Shown here piece after piece: positions 54,866-64,000 of a stretch of DNA of 64,000 bases. The notes beneath the pieces are model-generated. The model searched no databases and was not told the origin of the DNA. It saw only the letters and a list, made by a program, of their open reading frames with translations. Origin of the DNA: Psilocybe cubensis (taxonomy: Eukaryota); NCBI GenBank assembly GCA_017499595.2, contig CM039000.1:1178001-1242000 (forward strand), given 5' to 3'. Each line of letters starts with the position of its first letter. Position 1 is the first letter of the stretch. The position numbers and the translations under genes are program-made.

Positions 54866-55490
54866 GATGCCAGCGGATGAGTATGAAAGTGTACGTTCAA
54901 AGTCAAGAGGTAAAATTCACCCAAAAAGATATACATATCTATATATACGCGCGCGATTGTATGCTTTGAGGATGCGGTCGTTTTGTTTTTAGTGACATAG
55001 TGTCCCATTAATCGGTGTCAATAGGCGCCGCCCCTTTGTGTGTGTGTGCAAAGGGGCATGAGTCACCATCTTGTGATCATTGTGATCCAATATACGCGTC
55101 GACGCGACGTGTCACATTTTGACGCGCCGCGTGACAATCACTGACTCCTGTCTTTTGTGCTAATTAACGCAAAGCAAATCGACGCAAAAGAGTCGATTAC
55201 CTTCGAAAATGACTCAGAAAAAACATGCGCTTTTATATGAAAGGCATTAACTTAGCATTTTGAAATTATAGCTTTTTGATTTGGATGGACATTCTTTCGT
55301 AGACGTGCATTCAAACTATGCTCTTTGTCCTCCTCATTACAATTCAAGTTTCTTGGCCAAATCTACAGGAAAAAGGGCACTGACGTGCGTCCCATGACAC
55401 GCGAACCTGCTAACAGCCTATCAAAACGATCCAATTCCATCGTTTAATGTGGTGCAGACCGCGAACGCACGGAAACAAGAGACTTTCACC

Positions 55491-55563
55491 GGGGGCATAG
55501 CTCAGTTGGGAGAGCAGTAGACTGAAGTTCTAAAGGTCCCGCGTTCGATCCGCGGTGCCCCCA
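55491..55563 (+). tRNA. tRNA-Phe(GAA) copy 4
   Basis: 73 nt identical to copy 1, followed by TCCTTTTGCA. Confidence 0.97.
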
Positions 55564-55804
55564 TCCTTTTGCATCTTCTTTTCTTTCCAGTTCTTCATCG
55601 TTCTTAGGGTTATTCAGAGTTGCCTTGCTTATTTGAATTAAGTATTTTTTGTATAAGATGATCTGTTTTCATTCATTTTGCAAACCAGTGTGTTATACAA
55701 CACCGTCTTGGGTACAGTGTCCGTATACTAGTAGGGGAATCAGTATACACTCATAGAAGACCAGTTCTTCCAAGTCCAAACCACGAAGATTGAGTGGTTC
55801 AAAA

Positions 55805-57307
55805 CTAGTATTCTCCGAAGCGGACGTGACCAGTCTGTTCTGCGTGGGCTCGAGCACCCTTCTCGCCTTTAAGCCCCTGTCCGCATTGCTACAATAAAGA
55901 GAAAAGATTAGCAACGATATCGTATGACAGTTAATAATGCAGAAGTCCATTAATTGAAGCAACGGGATCTACGTCTTGCGACGATCCCTTCTTCATGGAC
56001 GCGATACGAAATGAAAAATGGTAAATCGCACCTCGCATCTGAGATCAAACGTCGAGGTATTAGTGAAGGCCTTTTTGGAGCGAAGGATGTCTGCGAGCTT
56101 CTTCGCTGCGACGAGGATAGGATCCGAGTTATCGTCACCTGAAAGCTACAAAGGAGGTGTAGTCGTATGAGACCACTGGGATGAATTACTGTCTTGAGCA
56201 AAATAAAAACTCTTACGATAGGGAAAAGTGTCTGGTGCCACTCGTCAGGGGCATCGGCCATGGGTGCGAGAGTCGCGGCGTCGTAGTGTATGCCCGAGTA
56301 GATGAGGATCGCGCGCATGCCCGAAGCGGCGCCGTGCTCGCCCGGCGAGAAGTGGTCGATCCGTCCCGTTTCGACGTCGATGCTGGCTATCTCGGCCGAG
56401 TAGTGCGCTGCTATGATACTAAGCTCAATCGCGCCTCCCCAGGAAGTGGGCTTGGTAATTGTGGCGATATATTGGGAAGGTGGCATTCTAATTCGGGAAT
56501 GGGAGGGCGCGATATGGGATATCAGCGAATTTCGTTTCGTGTGCCCTAGGTAAGACAATGGCTCACCCGAGAATAGCTTCGTTATAGGTCTCTGGGTTGT
56601 TACGGATGCCATCTGCTACGACTAGAAGACAAGTCGAATGTCAAGATACTGGGTCATATGGGCCGATAACGCGTACTTTTGCGAATCTGCTGAGCTTTCG
56701 ATATGCTCTGTTCGAACACAAGTGCTACTGATGAGAAGAGACACGAGTTGTCGTCTGGAACAATCTATATTGCCGACGTGATAAGCAGTCGCTCGTCAAA
56801 TGAGGATACATGCGCACCCGATGTACGAGGAAGCTGCCATCGACCTCTACGCTGTCTGGCCCGGACGACTGGACTGGAGGAGATGGTTGTACTGGCACAG
56901 ATCGTGGTATCGGAGCAGGAGCGGTGTATGTTTGGGTAGGTGCTGGGGCTAGTGGGGACCTCGCTGGGACGGAAGACGACTGGGATTGGGGAGGGGGGGC
57001 CTGGTCTGAAGAGGCCTCGTTAACGATGATCTGGTCTCCCCGCTGCAGACCCAGGGCCTGAAGTGGAAGATCAGGAACTATAGTTAGCTGGCGGGGCGGG
57101 TATCCGGCCTTGACTGGCGTACGAGCAAAGTTGATTATGAGAGAACCAGAGGTAGATCAGGAAAGACTAACGAATCTGGCGCGAGGGAAGGATGTTTGTG
57201 GTTGCATAGATTTCTTGCTGAAGGTCGAGGATGGTGAAGTCGGGTGCGTCCAAGAGAACCTCGATGGTGGACACGCCCTTTGGATGGCGAAGGCGCACAG
57301 GGGCCAT
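55805..57307 (-). CDS. OTU1: OTU deubiquitinase Otu1/YOD1
   Basis: MAPVRLRHPKG (UBX-like), VPDDNSCLFSSV, WGGAIELSI, LIYSGIHYDA, C-terminal CGQGLKGEKGARAHAEQTGHVRFGEY* zinc finger. Confidence 0.95.
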
Positions 57308-57556
57308 GGCTATGATGGATGATCGCAACAGAGGAGCGCAAGCGTCGTCATCTATTGTGTCCTATTTGGCTAATATTGTATGCCAAGAACATCCCAAAGT
57401 GGGGCACTTCCATATGTAGAATACAGTCGATGAACGCATGAAGCGCAGTTGCCTTAGATCGAAGTACATGATCCGTCATTGCATTTGGGCGTGCGTTAAT
57501 TGCCCCAACCCATGCGCGCTCCAACTCGTCATGCCTCCATTTATTATCTCATTTAC

Positions 57557-57590
57557 TTACGTCACTTATTCTCGTCCAGCGCCTATAAAA
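57557..57590 (+). promoter_or_regulatory. CRE-like site and TATA box of HSP12
   Basis: TTACGTCA at 57557-57564 and TATAAAA at 57584-57590, upstream of a probable 5'UTR intron (GTTAGC...TTGCAG, ~57657-57706). Confidence 0.5.
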
Positions 57591-57727
57591 CCCAGCATAT
57601 CTTCCTCGTTTCTTCATTATCCAACTCTCTCAACAACTTCATACACCACAACCAAGGTTAGCCTCTTCTACTCAACCATTGACTTGAAGCTTATCTGCCT
57701 TGCAGCCAATAAATTTTTATCATCAAC

Positions 57728-58097
57728 ATGTCAGACGCCGGACGCCAATCTTTCACCGACAAAGCTGGTGCCGCTATGAAGGTACGCCCATCTCTGCTTT
57801 GTCGCGCCATCTCGCTAACTGGACGTAATCGATAGCCCGACTCCCAGAAGAGCACCATGGAACAAGCTGGTGACTTTATCAAGGGCAAGACTGATTCTGC
57901 CGCATCGACCATGCAGCCCAACGTCAGTATCCATTGATTTCTCTTCCATCGTAATATTTTTCTCAATCCTTCCACAGAGCCAGAAGTCGGGCAGCCAAAG
58001 GGTCGGAGACACCATGAGCGGAAACTCCAACGACAACCAGGACTCTCTCCTCAACAAGGCCAAGAACGCTGTCGGCATGGGCAACAACAACGCTTAA
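57728..58097 (+). CDS. HSP12: Hsp9/Hsp12 small stress protein
   Basis: MSDAGRQSFTDKAGAAMK / PDSQKSTMEQAGDFIKGKTDSAASTMQPN / SQKSGSQRVGD... two introns. Confidence 0.92.
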
Positions 58098-58601
58098 ATT
58101 GCCTGCTCGGTGCCAAATGGTCTCCGAATTGTAACTTTTACTTTGCTTTGGGGCTCAATTGCTCGTAACCTGTATCATGTGCCGCTTTATAAATTGTAAA
58201 CCAATAAATTCGCAATAATTTGTTGACAACCTGTTTTACGACCTTTGCAAAATCGGCTTGATACCGTATAAACTTGAAATATCAGTAATTAATGGTATGC
58301 ATATTAGTTTTGTTGGATTATATGCGTCCTCCTTAACAATTAGAACCTTCTTCAACCCAATCTTTTCTACGGTTAGGAATAGCCTTTATGTTTTCTGTCA
58401 ATGGTTTGACTGCTCTAATCATCAGGGGCTATTATTTAGGGGCTATCACGCGTCGCGTCTCTCTTGTGTGACTATACGTGTTGTGTGACATCGCGCGAAA
58501 TGAAGTAGTAATGCCACCGAAACTTTTAGGGTTCAGGTTGACTTTTAGAAATCGCAGGCAAGCGTTGGTCCTTTTCTTGAACCGTCACCGCATTTCCATC
58601 C

Positions 58602-60999
58602 ATGTCCAAAAGAATTTGGCACAAAAAGCCTCCTCGAGAGGCAGCCACCAACAGCGAGGCCACAGAAAGTTCTGCAGTCAACCAAGATGGTGTTGCTAAT
58701 ACCGATGCTGAACCCGTGCCACCACCCCCAGTTGAAGCAGAGGAAAAACCGAAAAACGGCACGGAATCGAAAAAATCGTCGAAAAAGAACAAGAAGAGGA
58801 AGCGGAACGACCGCAATGCTCAAGACCAACCACCGACCAAAAAACCTCGAGCGGAACCAAAAGGCATTTTAAAATTTATCGACTTGAACATCGATGTCTT
58901 GTACGAGGTACGTCTGAACTTCCCTTCACCAAAAGAAAGGACATGTATCATGCGATGAACGACGTACGATTGTAGATTTTTGGTTATTTGGAACCAGTCG
59001 ACGTGTTGCATCTGAGTAGGGCGTCCAAAGCGGCCAGCGATTTTCTGATGTCCGAAAACTTGTTTCGCGACGCGCGTGTTCAAACACTGTTCTTTGTAGG
59101 TTCCCGCCGTTGGCCTCACGCGACCATTATTCTTTCCCACACATGCGAGATCTACGCACACTTGTTCCCCAACTTATAGTTATGAAAAAAGTTTGCGTAA
59201 GCAGCTGGCCGAGACATGGTGTGTAGGTGCATAGTATTAGCTGACATGGTTTTTCTGACTGTCCTTCCCAAGTATACGAAGAAAAACCGCAAAAATTCTA
59301 TTCCCTTTTACAGGACAGGCAATGGAAGACGGAATTTGAGAAGGCTGAAAACAAAGATGCATGGGTAGAGCAAGAAATAGCAAAGTTTACCAAAATCCAC
59401 GAGGTAAGAAAACATAACTCTGGAGCACTTCGTCTCTAATTTGACAAAACCCGTAATAGCACGCTCGGGAATGTGAGAAATGGTATATAGCATATGAAGA
59501 ATACCTTGAAGAGCGAAAGGAAGAACTGATTATGACTCGCAATGTTAAGTAAGTACCGGCAAACCCACATCGTTTTCTCATCTGCTCACACTTTTAAATT
59601 ATAAAGCGTTGTGAACCGCCTTCGCGAGATGGGGTGGGCTACCGAAGTTGATTCCATATTAAGGCAGGACCCTTCAAAGCTCTATCATCGTAGTTTGATG
59701 CTTCGTTTTGGCATCACGCAATGTGACGAGAAAGGTATGTTTCTCGCCATCTTAACCTACATCCTCATAATGCCATTGTAGTGGTGATTGAGCAGTTGGC
59801 CGAAACGTTTGTTTCTTCGCTGTTGGCGCCCCGCAGGGAGATGATGCAGGCTAGAGCACGACAGGTGTTCCTGGAGCGCCGGCTGCTAGTGTTAAAAAAA
59901 CTTGTCGCTGAGTATCAGTTGACCGTTGCGCCCAGTGATGTCACTTTCAACATGGGCCAATTATGCACGCATCCAGAGATCAGCGATCTCCTTCTCAGCT
60001 CTCCCGAAGCGACGGACCCAGTGGTCCATCTTGAGCCCCTACGCACCAGACTGCCCGAAATCGCGGATAAAATGGAGTTGAGCATGCGAGACACAGTTAC
60101 AGCGTTGGTTAAATCTGTTCGCGGACAATGCTACCACGTTAGTGAAGACGCGCTTCTCACCCTGGCCGTCGCGACGTTCAAATGTAAGCGGTGCCCGTCG
60201 TCGAGTGTGGAAGCGCACGACATCCGCTATCCAGCAGTGCTAGCTCACCGCTGCGCCGTTCGTAAACCCGACGGGCACCTCCGTGCACCCAAAGAGACTC
60301 CAAGCGCGCTATCAATCACAGTCGAGAAACTGACAGAGGAGACGCCGTGGAACGCGTATAACTGCATCACGTACAACCTGGCTGCACACAACATTTTAAC
60401 AAAGCTGCTCGCGCGTTTTGAACTGTCTCCTTTGACGACGCACGTCTCTGAGATGGATTGGCGTGACCCGGTGTTCGAGTGTCTCGCTTGCAACGACCCT
60501 CATCGTGGCCGATGCATGCTTCGATGGCGTGCAGTAGTGCGTTATTTTTTTTTGCTATCTTCTGCTGGTTATACCCACTTACCCCTTTTCCTCTCGGTAG
60601 GTAGCACACGTGAAACAAAAACATACCCCTTCCATTGTATCAGAATTTCGCATCCTAGATGACGAAGAAGCTGCGAAAGTGAAGTTACGAATGGACGAAG
60701 AGATGGCCCGAAACCGCGCCAAAGCAGATTACATGGGCATGTCCTGTTCCCACTGCGGGCAAAAAGGAAATCCAGTATCGCTTCGCGAACATTGTCGTAC
60801 CAAGTACGTGTTACAACCGCATTCTCTTTTTTTTTTGATCTCGTACAGCAATGACTGAGAAATGTTGTGCAGACATGGTATCCGTCGTCCGTCGGAGAGG
60901 AATGGCGATTTTGACATCGCATTGGACTCCAATACCATTCCACAAATATTCTATAGTTGGCCCCCGCAGGAGGATCCTACAGACTCGGACGACGATTGA
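58602..60999 (+). pseudogene. F-box paralog 3, probably disrupted
   Basis: F-box FIDLNIDVLYE/IFGYLEPVDVLHLSR and the shared C-terminal motifs are present. The WKxAR...[10 protein letters not shown]...HCH block is missing and exon 2 runs into TAG at 59177-59179. Confidence 0.6.
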
Positions 61000-61130
61000 G
61001 TTTGTTTTAATGACGTTAATAATTATTATAGACATTTCAACTTTAAATTATGCTCCATGATCGAAGAACCTCGACAGACAAAAACTTGCTTGCTGTAGAA
61101 CCGAAATATTACAGACGCTTGGTCAAAAAA

Positions 61131-61203
61131 TGGGGGCACCGCGGATCGAACGCGGGACCTTTAGAACTTCAGTCTACTGCTCTCCCAACTGAGCTATGCC
61201 CCC
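61131..61203 (-). tRNA. tRNA-Phe(GAA) copy 5
   Basis: Exact reverse complement of copy 1; T-run terminator (AAAAAA on +). Confidence 0.97.
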
Positions 61204-61548
61204 ATGGATAATGGGTAAGACATCGTCACTCGCCGTCTCGCGTGCAGTTCGGAACGGTTTGTGCGTGCATCATTAGAGCAAACAATCAAGGGAATGAAAA
61301 CAGACGACGCGTTGGAGATTAGGGCCCTGGTGTGAGTGTCCATACGATGCCCGGTATTGGCTCACCCAATGGTGTCTGCAAGGTCCATCTATGAAGCTAG
61401 AGTTAGGCGGATAGCGAGAGATGTTGAGGGAATTCATTTTCAAACAAAACTACGCCCAAAGACCGACCATACCAGCCTAAATATTAAATGCGGAGTCGAA
61501 TTACAAAAATCGACGGTATTGAAGAATAAATGACAAGGCCTTTCGAAA

Positions 61549-62704
61549 TTAAACTTTAATGTAGAGATCAATAGGTCTGCTGAATCCTGAGTAAAGGAGA
61601 AGAGTGCGTCAGCTACTCTTCGTGGTACTCTTGAGTCCTGATGTGCTCACCTCCTTCACCAACTGTCCCAAAATGTTGAGGATGTCCAAAGCCGATCTCT
61701 CTTAGGATAGCTTCGAAATCTGAGGGTCTGATCACTAGGTTTTTACCGTTTTCTTTCAGTTTCTATATAGTTAACAGTGCCAATTGAGTAAATAATCCTA
61801 GGACATATTGTATAACATGACTGACCTGATTCATTCGCTTTGCCTTCGCATATGATTCCCAGGGCTGTGGCTCCAACACGAAGCTTCCGCCGGGCTTGAG
61901 TACTGCGTACACTCGTCGAAAGAAAAGTTTAAGACCCTCGTCGCCTTCATTTAAATGTATCCACTTCGATATTGAGAACCTAGTACCGTATTCAGAATGT
62001 AGTGAGGAGAGAAAGACTCAACGAAACGTACGCAATAACCACGTTATAGCCTTCTGAATCCTCAGGGATGTCCGTTCTCATCCAATCTGCTGTACGAAAG
62101 GAGACGTTGTGCGGAAACACATTTTTTCCTCTGTTTGAAGATGGGGGAATAGGCAGTGAACCGAATTCATGTTCGCAAGATGCAGGAAAATAATGACGTA
62201 TGGGCTGAGTATCGTTGACCTGTGAAGAACCCTCATCCTGCAACTTCCGTCTTTTTCTTGGTTTGGAGTCACCAGAAGTTAGATCGTCCTCTTCGTTTGA
62301 TGTACGTGGGTATGTGGGTGCTTGACACGACCAAACAGCGCGTCTCCGTCGCCACGCATTAGTGATCAAGCTTTCGTCAATGTCAACGCCCACGACCAAG
62401 TGTGCACCATACGATTGAGCTAGCCCACTGCCTAAGTTAGTCAAGAAGACGCATATTACACGTTATACGTACCTATTTCACAGGTCACCCATCCCTCATT
62501 GCATCCAATGTCCAGTACTCGCGCTCCCTTAAACAATCCTGAGGGAAGTGAAAGCAAGCGCTCATCGTTGCGAAACGGTCGTTTCGAATAATACCTGGAG
62601 TTCGAGTGAAACAATGAAAGTCAATCCATCGATAATTGAGGATTCATAAGACTCGATTACCCATGATAATTCCCGTGCGTCGGAACGCTAGAGACAGTAG
62701 ACAT
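61549..62704 (-). CDS. BIN3: Bin3/MePCE-family RNA methylphosphate capping methyltransferase
   Basis: [82 protein letters not shown]. Confidence 0.92.
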
Positions 62705-62907
62705 GAAAACGCATATGTAGCCATAATAATGGACGCGTCGGGACAAAACTGGCAAGTAGTCCTGCCGTTCGTTCGGCACGACGCATATTAGGCAAATGAA
62801 AGTTTGGCAGCAAATGCATTTAAATGTTCAACTGCAGTTACTGTCCACATATTCAAGTCAGATTCCATGACTGTAGCGCTGGAATAAAAGGATGAAATGT
62901 AAAAAAA

Positions 62908-62980
62908 TGGGGGCACCGCGGATCGAACGCGGGACCTTTAGAACTTCAGTCTACTGCTCTCCCAACTGAGCTATGCCCCC
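62908..62980 (-). tRNA. tRNA-Phe(GAA) copy 6
   Basis: Exact reverse complement of copy 1; T-run terminator. Confidence 0.97.
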
Positions 62981-63101
62981 ATTCATTAACGATGGTATTA
63001 AAGCAATATTTTTTCGCTGGGAAACTTGACGCGTTGGGCGTCTAATTGAAATGACTTAGGACTACAGTAGCGCGGGAAGAATGTATCTTTCTACTTGTTC
63101 T

Positions 63102-64000
63102 CTACGCTACTTTGATTACGACCTTTCCAACGTGCTTCTGCAACTCAAGGTAGGCATACGCGGCAATAGCATCATCAAAATTGAAAACCTTATCAATCAC
63201 AGGCCTTGTGACTTCAGGGTTTGCAAGTATGAGTCAGTTCATGCTGTTGAACCTAACATTCGAAAATACAAATTTTGGATATGTTTTACAACAGAAAATG
63301 TGAAGCTTACTGTTCAACAGAACCGATTGAGATTCCCCGTAAAGTTACTGCGTTCACCAGTAAGGGAAATACTACACTAGCTTCACCACCCTGTATAACC
63401 ATTTTGTTAAATTAGGAGCGTCTGGAAAACACTAACTTGCACTTACAGATGCAATGAACCCGATAACTTGGACGTACCCACTTCCTGTTTTGGCTGATTT
63501 TATTGACCTTTCTAGAGTGCCTTGACCTCCTACCTGGATCAAAAGTTATTACTTGGTAGCTATAACATGCTCGGGCTGACGGAAACAAAATGACGCACTT
63601 CAATTATGTGATCTGCTCCCTCTCCGTTGGTCTTGAACCAAAAAATTTAGACAGTATTTATCTGTTTGTAATGATCACATACAATTTTCATAACTTCTTC
63701 GTCCCAGTTAGGTGTCTTGTTGTAGTTGATGAGGTGCTTTGCTCCATGTTTTGCAGCTATCTTCAATTTGTCGTCAGATGATGAAGTGGCAATGACGGTC
63801 GCTCCAGCGGCAGCAGCAAACTGTAATGCAAAGCTGTGTATATGAGACCCACGACCATCAGTATTTATCTTTATGAATAACAAGGATAGGCAGTAGATTA
63901 AAACTTACATAGAAACACTGCCCGTTCCCAACACCAAAACAAAGTCTCCCGCTTTGATTGGGGTAGGTCCATGAAGAGCGTTGTATGCTATGAGGCCAGC
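63102..64000 (-). pseudogene. Zinc-type alcohol dehydrogenase-like / MDR oxidoreductase, 3' part (5' end outside window), with in-frame TGA
   Basis: AGLIAYNAL..VLVLGTGSVS, GATVIATSSSDDKL, INYNKTPNWDEEV, GADHIIEVGG, HVGKVVIKV*. The last exon reads QFNSMN*LILANPEVTRPVIDKVF (TGA at 63234-63236). Confidence 0.7.

Noticed and set aside
48030-62980. tRNA-derived SINE family
   Set aside because: Identity stops at the 73-nt tRNA body plus a short trailer; there is no shared body, tail or TSD.
63234-63236. Selenocysteine, readthrough or A-to-I-corrected stop
   Set aside because: The position corresponds to a non-catalytic, probably Arg residue, and neighbouring CpG-type changes favour simple decay.

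Overview
Eukaryotic, intron-rich DNA from a mushroom-forming basidiomycete (Agaricomycete-like: short GT-AG introns, CTRAY branch points, Agaricomycete-type F-box and DUF genes). About 26 protein-coding loci can be traced by hand. Most are housekeeping genes: FRG1, RPL26, V-ATPase D, XAP5/FAM50, mitochondrial S13, BET3, BUD23, BCS1, J-domain/ankyrin protein, LUC7, USP48-like DUB, GAA1, TAF7, SAM37/metaxin, ExoIII AP endonuclease, OTU1, HSP12 and a Bin3 methyltransferase. There are also six identical intronless tRNA-Phe(GAA) genes, three F-box paralogs (one probably decayed), a 596-bp hAT-type MITE with an 8-bp TSD, and an MDR dehydrogenase with an in-frame stop. The most unusual signal is a ~7-24 kb domain where base composition flips repeatedly between C/A-rich and G/T-rich blocks. 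The C-to-G switches fall mostly inside exons, the G-to-C switches fall in introns or intergenic DNA, the pattern ignores gene strand, and microsatellites are heavily expanded while reading frames stay intact. The second unusual signal is the 48-63 kb array of identical tRNA-Phe genes interleaved with birth-and-death F-box genes. All gene models were read by eye. CDS coordinates span start to stop including introns, and composition statements are qualitative.
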